Below, piece after piece: positions 56,778-64,000 of a stretch of DNA of 64,000 nucleotides. Source of the DNA: Bryobacterales bacterium (lineage in GTDB: Bacteria; Acidobacteriota; Terriglobia; Bryobacterales; UBA6623); the NCBI GenBank assembly GCA_965214655.1, contig OZ243965.1, positions 3,876,050 through 3,940,049 of the forward strand, written 5' to 3'. A program made the position numbers and the translations under genes. Each line of letters opens with the position of its first letter. Positions within the stretch are counted from its first letter, which is position 1. The notes beneath the pieces were generated by a model. That model saw only the letters and a list, made by a program, of their open reading frames with translations, was not told where the DNA came from and ran no database searches.

Positions 56778-58910
56778 CTACCAGTCCTTCTCGACGGGGG
56801 CGATGCGGGCTCTGAGCAAGGCTTGGCGGGCGCGTTTGTCGCGCTTTTCCTTGTCGAGGATATCCGCTGCGGTCATCGCCTGCTTCGCCGAATTTCGGGG
56901 TTGCCGCTGCTGCCCGGAGGGTTGCGCGGGCGGTTGCCGCCGCTGCTCGGCCTGCTGCCCGCTTTGCTCGCCGGCCTGCTCTCGATTGCGTTGGCCGTCG
57001 GCGGCCTGCTGCAACTCCTCGGCTGCTGCTCGCTGCTGCTCTTCGGCTTGCTTGGGTTGATTCTGCTCGAGTTCCTCTCGGGCCTGCCGCTGGCGCTCGG
57101 CGGCGTTGTCCAGATGCTGTTTGGTTTGCGGGTCGGCATCGCGGGCCATTTGCTCGGTTTGCTCGCGCAGGTCTTGCTGTTGCTCGGCCAGCCGCTCGGC
57201 TTGCTGCTGCCGGCGCTGCTCGGATTCGCTGTCTCGATTCCGCTGCCGGTCTTCGTCCAGTTGCTTGCTCTGTTCGGCAAGCTCCTTCTGCCTGTCGGCC
57301 GCTTTTTGCAGATCGCTCTTTTGCTCCCGGCCGGGTTCCTGATTTTGCTCTCCGCCTTGCTGCTGTTGCTGCTGCTCGGCTTTGCGGCGCAGTTGCCGCA
57401 TCAGGCGGCGGGCGATCTCGACGTTGTGCGCGGCGTTGGTCAGGCCGCGGTCGAGACGGAGGGCGTCTTTGTAGGAACGCGCCGCCTTGCCCAGCAGGTC
57501 GATTGCCGCCTGGGGATTCCGCTCGGCGAGTTGCTCGCCTTGCCTGTAGAGCGCGTTGCCCAGGTTGTAGCGCCCGCCGGCTTCCAGATCGGTTCGTCCC
57601 CGGTCGAGGCTCCGTTGCACCGCCTGTTCGTAGGCTTCGACCGATTCGCTGAAATTTTCGCTGCGATAGAGGGCGTTGCCGCGGTTGAGGGCGGCGTATG
57701 CGGAATCGGGGTCTTGCTCGGCGGCCCGGTCGTATGCGGCGATCGCCTTTTCGTACGCCTCTTGCCGGTAGGCTTCGTTGCCCTCGTTGACGAGGCTGCG
57801 CACGGACGCGGCCCGCGCGCCGGAGGGAAACGAGAGCAACGCCGCGGCGATGAGCGCGGCGGCGGCCGGCGGCGTTGCTCCGCGGTTTCGTTGCCGGCGG
57901 GGCCGGCGCTCGCGAAGGAGCATTTCGACCGCCAGCAGCAAAAAGCCGACCGCCAGGAAAATCTGGAATTTTTCTTCGTAGCGGTCGATCGTGCGCGACT
58001 CGATATCCTGCCGCTCGGCGGAGGCGATGAGCTGCCGGTAAACGTCGCCCAGGTCGATGGCGCCCGTGGAAACGTTCAGATAGCGCCCGCCGGGCGTAGC
58101 GTTGACCATTTCGCGGAGAGTCCGGGCGTCGAGCTTCGACCATACTTCCCGGCCGTTGAATTTGAGAAAGGTCATCTCGCCGCCGGCGTCCGTCAGGGGG
58201 ATGCGCCTGCCGACGTTTTCATCGCCAAGCCCGATCGCGATCAAGCGCACTTGCATCTCGCCCAGAGATTTTGCCGCTTCGACCGGAAAGCTTTCGTGGT
58301 CTTCGCCGTCGGTGATGAGCACGACATCGCGGTACTGGCTCTGCTTCTGATCGAAGACGTTGCCGGCGACTTTTCGTAACGCATCCCCGATCAATGTGCC
58401 CCCGCGGGTGACGCTCAGCGGGGAAACGTCGTCGAGCGCCATACGGAAAAAGCCGTAATCGAGGGTGAGCGGGCACTTGACGACGGCGGTCCCGGCGAAA
58501 ACCACCAAGGCCACGCGGTCGCCCTCCAGCTTGTCGACGGCGTCCATGATGGCCAGCTTGGCGCGGTCGAGTCGATTGGGCGCGAGGTCTTCCGCCAACA
58601 TGCTGCGTGAGACGTCGAGCAGGAAGACGACATCGCGGCCGCGTTGCTTGACCGTTTGGGGCAGACGGTTCCATGCGGGGCGCGCCAGAGCGACGACCAG
58701 GAATACGCTTGCCAAGGTGATTGCAATCGCCTTCCAGAAGCGGTTGGCGGCGTTGAGATGGGGGTTCAGTTGCGGCAGCAGGCCGGAATCGACGAAGCGG
58801 GCGAGCGCGTCCCGGCGCTTGCGGGCGGCGTAGTAAAAAAGGACGGCGAGCAAGGGCGTCAGCCAGAGCCAATTGAGCATGGCGATGTCGTGGAAGCGAA
58901 AGCCGCTCAC
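56778..58910 (-). CDS. BatB-like von Willebrand A protein fused to BatC-like TPR region and a long Gln/Glu/Arg-rich tail
   Basis: GTG 58910 overlaps the batA stop (GTGA) and gives VSGFRFHDIAMLNWLWLTPLL. VWA MIDAS motif LLDVSRSM. A second TM, TPR units, then about 190 aa of Q/E/R-rich sequence ending ...PVEKDW. Confidence 0.75.
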   Translation of the reverse strand: MSGFRFHDIAMLNWLWLTPLLAVLFYYAARKRRDALARFVDSGLLPQLNPHLNAANRFWKAIAITLASVFLVVALARPAWNRLPQTVKQRGRDVVFLLDVSRSMLAEDLAPNRLDRAKLAIMDAVDKLEGDRVALVVFAGTAVVKCPLTLDYGFFRMALDDVSPLSVTRGGTLIGDALRKVAGNVFDQKQSQYRDVVLITDGEDHESFPVEAAKSLGEMQVRLIAIGLGDENVGRRIPLTDAGGEMTFLKFNGREVWSKLDARTLREMVNATPGGRYLNVSTGAIDLGDVYRQLIASAERQDIESRTIDRYEEKFQIFLAVGFLLLAVEMLLRERRPRRQRNRGATPPAAAALIAAALLSFPSGARAASVRSLVNEGNEAYRQEAYEKAIAAYDRAAEQDPDSAYAALNRGNALYRSENFSESVEAYEQAVQRSLDRGRTDLEAGGRYNLGNALYRQGEQLAERNPQAAIDLLGKAARSYKDALRLDRGLTNAAHNVEIARRLMRQLRRKAEQQQQQQGGEQNQEPGREQKSDLQKAADRQKELAEQSKQLDEDRQRNRDSESEQRRQQQAERLAEQQQDLREQTEQMARDADPQTKQHLDNAAERQRQAREELEQNQPKQAEEQQRAAAEELQQAADGQRNREQAGEQSGQQAEQRRQPPAQPSGQQRQPRNSAKQAMTAADILDKEKRDKRARQALLRARIAPVEKDW

Positions 58911-59956
58911 GGCGCCCTCCGAAAAACCGTAGCGCGCAAAACCGATTCGCCGGCCAGCAGCAGAAGCGCCGCCAGCGCCCAGGGCATGAAAAGCTCGCGG
59001 TAGTCCAAAAAGCGCACCGCCTCGAACTCGCTCTTTTCCAAGCCGTCGATTTCCGCGTAAACGTCGCGTAGGGAGCCGGCGTCCGTGGCCAGGCGGTAGA
59101 TGCCGCCGGTGGCCTCGGCCGCGGCGCGCAAGGCTTTGTCGTCGAACCCCTGCCTGAACGGCATCGAGAGCCTGCCGAACGGGGTTTGCAGACCGCGTTT
59201 GTCGCCCACGCCGATGGCGTAAATTTTGATCCCCCATTCCTTGCAGAGCTCGGCGGCGTCCTGGACGCTGCGGTCCCCGGCGTTGTTTTCGCCGTCGGTG
59301 AGCAGGATGACGATCTTGCTTTTGATCTCGTAGTCCTGGCGGCTGCCTGCCTTTTCTTGCAGGAACGTTTCGGCCTGCTGGAGTCTGGCCGCGGCCAGCG
59401 CCGCGGCGTCGCCGATTGCGGTTCCGTCTTCATTGGGGTTGTCGGCGAGGCGCACGCTTGCCAGCAGCTCTTCCAACGTGTCGTGAGAGAGCGTCAGGGG
59501 GCAGCTGGTGTCGGCATAACGGGCGAAGGAGATCATGCCGATCAGGTCGTTCGGGCGTCCGGGCATAGCGCCGCTTGCGGGGTCGATGAAATCTCGGAAA
59601 ACTTGCTTGACCGCCTCCAGGCGGGAGACTATGCGGCCGTCGAGCTTCATTTCGGCGCCCATGCTGGAGGAGCGGTCCACGACCATGTGCATGGCGACGC
59701 CGCGCGAAATGTCGCGGATGCGCTCGGCGCCTTGCTGCGGCCGGGCGAGGGCGACGACGATGCCGATGAGAGCCAGCACGCGCAGCAGGCCGGGCAGGAA
59801 GGCGAGGCGCTGCCGCCACGATCCCGCGAGCGCCTCGGCGGCCGCGGTGGAGGAAAAACGCAACGATGCGCGGCTGCCGCGGCGCATGCTGCAGTACGCC
59901 AACGCCGGAACCGCCAGCAGAAGCAGCAACATCCACGGTGATTCGAAGCGCAGCAT
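58907..59956 (-). CDS. BatA-like von Willebrand A membrane protein
   Basis: MLRFESPWMLLLLLAVPALAYC N-terminus. VWA MIDAS VVDRSSSM. C-terminal TM. Confidence 0.8.
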   Translation of the reverse strand: MLRFESPWMLLLLLAVPALAYCSMRRGSRASLRFSSTAAAEALAGSWRQRLAFLPGLLRVLALIGIVVALARPQQGAERIRDISRGVAMHMVVDRSSSMGAEMKLDGRIVSRLEAVKQVFRDFIDPASGAMPGRPNDLIGMISFARYADTSCPLTLSHDTLEELLASVRLADNPNEDGTAIGDAAALAAARLQQAETFLQEKAGSRQDYEIKSKIVILLTDGENNAGDRSVQDAAELCKEWGIKIYAIGVGDKRGLQTPFGRLSMPFRQGFDDKALRAAAEATGGIYRLATDAGSLRDVYAEIDGLEKSEFEAVRFLDYRELFMPWALAALLLLAGESVLRATVFRRAP

Positions 59957-60235
59957 CGAAACTCGGGGCCGAACCTCTTATTTTAAGACCGCCGTCAAGA
60001 TTCTCGGGCGTTCGTTGACTGCGTTCGGACGGGCCGGGTTCAAGGCGCTGTGGGTTCGATGCCGTACTTTGCGCGCAAGCCGGCGGCCGGCCATGCCAGG
60101 TCCGGCGCCGGGGCGAAGGACGCGGCCAGGCGCTGCCAACTCACGCGGCGCAGCAACCCCGGCGCGCGGCAGGCGGCGAGCGCGTCGCGCGCCAACTGAT
60201 AGACCGCGCCGAAGGGGCTAAATTCAAAAACTCTT

Positions 60236-60328
60236 TTTAAGCTCTATTCAAAGCCTCATTATACTGGTAAATCTCTTTGTCTGCCCCTTCTAGATCATCA
60301 TTTAAATCATCCAAACTATTAATATTCA
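60236..60328 (-). CDS. Micro-ORF, 30 aa, acidic (MNINSLDDLNDDLEGADKEIYQYNEALNRA)
   Basis: Not in the ORF track (<60 aa). GGAG-N8-ATG, with a spacer nearly identical to that of the preceding micro-ORF. AT-rich block. Confidence 0.25.
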
Positions 60329-60361
60329 TTACTAATACTCCGTCCCATCCAAATAATTTTC

Positions 60362-60505
60362 ATTATTCAGAATTCTCCTCTTCCCTCAACTTATCCTCAT
60401 CTCTAAGTCTTTTTCTTACTCGAAAAAACTCAACTATAAAACAAATTATAAAAATTATAGGAAAATAAATTGTAAAAGCAAAAGCCCAAGGATTAAATGC
60501 ACCCA
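60362..60505 (-). CDS. Micro-ORF, 47 aa, single TM helix plus charged tail (MGAFNPWAFAFTIYFPIIFIICFIVEFFRVRKRLRDEDKLREEENSE)
   Basis: Not in the ORF track. GGAG-N7-ATG begins immediately after the stop of 60518..61246 (TAAGGAGATTAGTTATG). AT-rich block. Confidence 0.4.
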
Positions 60506-60517
60506 TAACTAATCTCC

Positions 60518-61246
60518 TTATCTATCGGTGATTTCCTCAATGTTCATGTCCGTCGCCATGCATTCGACAACCACGTCGATTTGCGCCTCGATAGCCGAGG
60601 CTTGTGAAGGGCGACGCCAATTACCTGCTGCCCGGTTTTTGAGCCAATTGCGCCACCAGGAAAGAGGCCCTGACACCTGCACAACCGGCGGCGTTTTGGC
60701 ATCTGCCTTGCAGCCGAAGCATTTCCGGGTTTCGCTCGCCAGGACTTCAAGGCTGGCTTCGACGACCGCGGCGTAGCGCAGCCCTTCCATCAGAGCGTGC
60801 ATCGGCGATTGGCCGAGGCCGCTGCGCGGGCATTTCAGTTCGACAACAATTACCCTGCCACGGTCGGTAACGCCGAAGAGATCGACCGCGCGGATTTCGG
60901 AGTCTGCACTCCTTGCCCGGAGCGGGAGCTGATAGTCGAGAAATCGATGCCAGCCGCCATTGGGCCGAGGCCCGAGGCATGCGAGGTTCCAGAACGCCAT
61001 TGCGTAGCGCGGCTCCCACTGAATTTTTGGGGTATCAAGCGGCAATTCCTTGGTTGTCCCGTCATGCCCTACAAAGTACTCTTTTCCGGCATCGCGGCGG
61101 CGCGGCGCGTTTTGCCGCAGCGCCCTGTATTCGGCGGCCAACGCATCCGCATCTACGGAGGCGATAGACTGTTCCAGTCCGGTGGCGGGCCAACAGTCGC
61201 GGTCACGCTTGTCGCGGAACAGGATCGGGCACAATGCGTTATACAT
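60518..61246 (-). CDS. Uncharacterised protein with NucS/DUF91-like PD-(D/E)xK nuclease core
   Basis: 242 aa. IRAVDLFGVTDRGRVIVVELK followed by SPMHALMEGLRYAA resembles the D...(D/E)xK...QLxRY layout of NucS-type restriction-endonuclease-fold domains. The N-terminal ~110 aa are unassigned. Confidence 0.6.
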   Translation of the reverse strand: MYNALCPILFRDKRDRDCWPATGLEQSIASVDADALAAEYRALRQNAPRRRDAGKEYFVGHDGTTKELPLDTPKIQWEPRYAMAFWNLACLGPRPNGGWHRFLDYQLPLRARSADSEIRAVDLFGVTDRGRVIVVELKCPRSGLGQSPMHALMEGLRYAAVVEASLEVLASETRKCFGCKADAKTPPVVQVSGPLSWWRNWLKNRAAGNWRRPSQASAIEAQIDVVVECMATDMNIEEITDR

Positions 61247-61248
61247 AG

Positions 61249-62370
61249 TTGATATATTATGACTATCAAAAGTTTTTTGTCAATCTTCAGCATGGAGCGA
61301 AAATCATTTTAGGCCAAAGACTCAAGCTGTCCCGTTCCGCCGCGGGTTTGTCGCTTCGCGGCCTGGAAGCCAAGATCGGTAACCGGGTGACGGCGCAGGC
61401 GATCAGTAAGTACGAGCGCGGCGAGACGATGCCGCGCGCGGGCGTCCTCGCCGCGCTGGCCGGTGCGCTCGGCGTGTCCGAAGCCTGGCTGACCGGCGGC
61501 CGGAGCATGGTTCTGGAAGGCGTCGAGTTCCGCAAGAAGACGCCCGCGGGCAAGCGGGAAGAAACACGGATCGAGGCCCGCGTGCTGCGCTTGCTGGAAC
61601 GCTATCTGGCGGTGGAAGAGCTTCTCGGCCTGCCGAGCACGGCTTGGGACAAGCCGCGGCAAGCTCCCTGGCCGGTGTTGCGCGAGCTTGCCGAGGTCGA
61701 GTATGCCGCGCGCGGGCTGCGCGCCCATTGGGGACTCGGCCTCAATCCGATCCCCAACATGGCCGAGCTTCTGCAGGAGCGCGGGATCAAGGTTCTCGCC
61801 ATGGACCTCGCCGTCGTGGACGGCTTGACGGCGCGGGCGCGGGGCAGGGACGGCGGCGGCGCGCCCGTGATCGTCATGCACAGCGGGCATTGGGGCGAGC
61901 GGCAGCGGTTTACGCTGGCGCACGAGTTGGGCCACATGGTGCTGGACGTTACCGCCAAGGTGGACGGCGAGGAGGCCGCGAACCGCTTCGCTGCGGCCTT
62001 CCTGCTGCCCGCGGAGACGCTGCGGGCGGAGGTCGGCCGGCGCCGCAAGTCCATCGGCTGGGGCGAGCTTCTCGAGCTCAAGCGGATATTCGGAGTCAGC
62101 GTGCAGGCTTTGCTCTTGCGCTGTCGGGATCTGGGCATATTCGGCCCGACCCTGTTCCAGAAACTGTTCGACGAGTGTGTCCGCCGCGGCTGGCGCAAGC
62201 CGCCGTATCGCGATCCCTGCGCCATGCAAGGGGAGAAGCCCCGGCGGTTCGAGCGCCTGTGCTTCCGCGCCCTCTCGGAAGGCGCGCTTTCCGCGGACGC
62301 GGCGGCCGAATTGCTGGAAATCCCGGTCAGCGCCCTGAACCGTATGATGGAGGAGCCGGCCTCCGAGTAG
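61249..62370 (+). CDS. XRE-family HTH fused to ImmA/IrrE (COG2856, peptidase M78) metalloprotease domain
   Basis: LGQRLKLSRSAAGLSLRGLEAKIGNRVTAQAISKYERGE (HTH_XRE). HELGHMVLD (HExxH). AANRFAAAFLLPAETL. The start (TTG 61249) is uncertain. Confidence 0.85.
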   Translation: MIYYDYQKFFVNLQHGAKIILGQRLKLSRSAAGLSLRGLEAKIGNRVTAQAISKYERGETMPRAGVLAALAGALGVSEAWLTGGRSMVLEGVEFRKKTPAGKREETRIEARVLRLLERYLAVEELLGLPSTAWDKPRQAPWPVLRELAEVEYAARGLRAHWGLGLNPIPNMAELLQERGIKVLAMDLAVVDGLTARARGRDGGGAPVIVMHSGHWGERQRFTLAHELGHMVLDVTAKVDGEEAANRFAAAFLLPAETLRAEVGRRRKSIGWGELLELKRIFGVSVQALLLRCRDLGIFGPTLFQKLFDECVRRGWRKPPYRDPCAMQGEKPRRFERLCFRALSEGALSADAAAELLEIPVSALNRMMEEPASE

Positions 62371-62480
62371 GCGATCGGGGAAGCCTGAACCCCATGCTTT
62401 CAAGGGCCGTTTCAGGCGCTTTGAAACGCCTTTCAAGCAGTGTCGAGTCGGCTCGGCGAAGAGGCGCTACCGTAGTGTCG

Positions 62481-63698
62481 ATGACTCGCGTTCGCATTCC
62501 CGTTCTTCTCGCGGTTTTGGCGCCGCTTGCTTTTTCGCAGATCGATCCGAGGGCGGCGCGCCGCGCCGGCATCGATCCGGACCGGCTGTCGCGCATTCCG
62601 CTACGGATGCAGGAATTCGTGGACGCGGGGACCGCCGCCGGATTCGTGACTCTGTTGGCGCGGCGGGGAGAGATCGTGCAACTCGGCGCGGTAGGCTTAC
62701 AGGATGTCGAATCGAAGACGAAGATGCGCGCCGATTCGATTTTTCAGATCGCCTCGATGACGAAACCGATCACGGCGGCGGGAATCATGATCTTGGCCGA
62801 TGAGGGGAGGCTGGCGACGGCCGATCCTGTGGAGAAATATCTGCCGGAGTTCCGCGGGCAGAAAATGGTCGTCGAGCGGAACGGCGGTCGGATGGTTCTC
62901 GAGCCGCCGCCCCGGCGCATCACGCTGCACGATTTGCTGACCCATACCTCGGGGATGCCGGGAGGGTTTCCCGAGGGCTTGCGCGAGATCTTTACAGCGC
63001 GCGACCGAACCCTTGCCGAAGCCGTCGCTGTTTACTCGCAACAGCCGCTCGATTTCGAGCCGGGAACCCGCTGGCGGTACAGCAACATGGGCATTGCCAC
63101 GTTGGGCCGCATTATCGAGGTCGTTTCGGGGATGCGCTACGAGAGCTTTCTGGCCCGGCGGATCTTCGAACCGCTGGGAATGCAGGACAGCTTTTTTTTC
63201 CCGCCGCAGGAGAAGCATTCCCGCATCGCGGCAATTTACGAGGCGCGGGACGGCCGCTTGATCCGCGACCCGCGGGACATTTTCCGCGCCGGCGCGAAGT
63301 ATCCTGCCCCGGAGGGCGGGCTTTACTCCACTGCCGAAGATCTTTTCCGCTTCTACCGCATGATGCTCGACCGCGGCGCGAGCGGAGAAACCCGTGTCCT
63401 TTCGCAGGCCGCTGTGGAGACGATGACCCGACTGCACACCGGAGAGCTTGAAGCCGGATTCGCTCCCGGCATGGGCTTCGGCTACGGCTGGAGCGTAGTG
63501 CGCAACAATCAGGGCGTCTTTCGCTTCAACTCGGTCGGGACCTACGGCCACGGCGGCGCTTACCGCACCTACGGGTTCATCGACCCGCGGAAGGAATTGA
63601 TCGGAATCGTCTTGTTTCAGCGCGTCGGCGGCGGAGGCGATCTGGCCGACGAGATCAGCGCGTTCATTCAGATGGGGAACGCGGCGGTTGTGGATTGA
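62481..63698 (+). CDS. Beta-lactamase-family serine hydrolase (secreted)
   Basis: ATG 62481 gives MTRVRIPVLLAVLAPLAFSQ. SxxK in IASMTKPITAAG, with YSN downstream. Track ORF 61644..63698 is the same frame, read through from inside the previous gene. Confidence 0.85.
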   Translation: MTRVRIPVLLAVLAPLAFSQIDPRAARRAGIDPDRLSRIPLRMQEFVDAGTAAGFVTLLARRGEIVQLGAVGLQDVESKTKMRADSIFQIASMTKPITAAGIMILADEGRLATADPVEKYLPEFRGQKMVVERNGGRMVLEPPPRRITLHDLLTHTSGMPGGFPEGLREIFTARDRTLAEAVAVYSQQPLDFEPGTRWRYSNMGIATLGRIIEVVSGMRYESFLARRIFEPLGMQDSFFFPPQEKHSRIAAIYEARDGRLIRDPRDIFRAGAKYPAPEGGLYSTAEDLFRFYRMMLDRGASGETRVLSQAAVETMTRLHTGELEAGFAPGMGFGYGWSVVRNNQGVFRFNSVGTYGHGGAYRTYGFIDPRKELIGIVLFQRVGGGGDLADEISAFIQMGNAAVVD

Positions 63699-63747
63699 CG
63701 GCCCATGAGACGAGGGCCTTGTCGATAACGCCGCCTTGCCGCGGCGC

Positions 63748-64000
63748 TCAGCCCCCGTTGTCTTGCGGTCTGGGCAGGAACGGGTCGTTCTCGTCCCAGG
63801 CCGGCTTGTAGCGGACGCCGTAGCGTTGCTTGGCGCGTGCGGGGTCGTAGTCGGGGTTCGGCGAGGTTTCTTTGACGCCGACGGATTCTCTCCAGGCGGC
63901 CAGGTCGGCCCGCAGCCGCTCCGCCAACTCCGGCTGCGCGGCGGCCAGATCGTTCGCTTCGGCCGGGTCTTCCGCGAGGTTGTACAACTCGACGCGGCTG
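63748..64000 (-). CDS. Sulfatase C-terminal fragment (gene continues beyond the window end)
   Basis: ...VELYNLAEDPAEANDLAAAQPELAERLRADLAAWRE is the typical sulfatase C-terminal LY(D/N)L..DP.E..NLA block. The reading frame is open to the window edge. Confidence 0.7.
   Translation of the reverse strand, partial: SRVELYNLAEDPAEANDLAAAQPELAERLRADLAAWRESVGVKETSPNPDYDPARAKQRYGVRYKPAWDENDPFLPRPQDNGG

Noticed and set aside
56873-57400. CAG/CTG-rich repetitive DNA as a possible tandem repeat or CRISPR-like array.
   Set aside because: It has no fixed-length repeat or spacer structure. It encodes the Gln/Glu-rich tail of the BatB/C-like protein.
60277-60468. Plus-strand 63-aa ORF in the track (MSAPSRSSFKSSKLLIFITN...).
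   Set aside because: Ser/Leu/Asn-rich low-complexity product of an AT-rich tract, with no ribosome-binding site. The minus strand carries two micro-ORFs with matched GGAG-spacer-ATG signals that follow the upstream gene.
61644-63698. 684-aa ORF in the track spanning the end of the XRE-ImmA gene and the beta-lactamase-family gene.
   Set aside because: The first ~280 residues are an out-of-frame read-through of the XRE-ImmA gene (Arg/Gly/Ala-rich). A proper signal peptide starts at ATG 62481.

Overview
High-GC chromosomal segment. Its gene content resembles Acidobacteria- or Planctomycetes-like soil genomes: TAT-exported Gfo/Idh/MocA oxidoreductases, DUF1080, FG-GAP, sulfatases, a TonB-dependent receptor, a TonB and a Bat aerotolerance operon. 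That placement is inference only. I can support about 50 protein genes, one tRNA-Lys(CUU) and three insertion sequences. Two of the IS are diverged members of one integrase-type family with repeated subterminal motifs. The third is an IS1380-type element inserted exactly at the serS stop codon. Most of the window is housekeeping or catabolic: serS, ilvE, nadE, cysE, a TRAP transporter, E1 alpha/beta, two SSS symporters and peptidoglycan recycling. Many long ORFs in the track are antisense or alternative-frame artefacts of the GC-rich sequence. Best leads: (1) At 60.2-62.4 kb an XRE-ImmA/IrrE fusion regulator lies divergent from a NucS-like PD-(D/E)xK protein, followed by two AT-rich micro-ORFs missing from the ORF track. 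One micro-ORF is a 47-aa transmembrane peptide. This is a candidate uncharacterised protease-gated nuclease/membrane-peptide (defence or addiction) module, sitting beside a Bat operon with no MoxR/DUF58 genes upstream. (2) An ArsC/Spx-family gene is split by the ORF caller at an in-frame UGA on the first Cys of its CxxC motif, with a SECIS-like hairpin 15 nt downstream, so it is a probable selenoprotein. (3) A sharply AT-rich single-gene Fic island. Smaller items: a sulfatase with a Trp-to-amber codon, a cytochrome-c-like gene whose CxxCH reads RxxRH, tandem GNRA mini-hairpins, a perfect 17-bp palindrome between divergent operons, and a heptamer repeat in a receptor signal peptide. All family calls come from motif recognition by eye; no searches were run.
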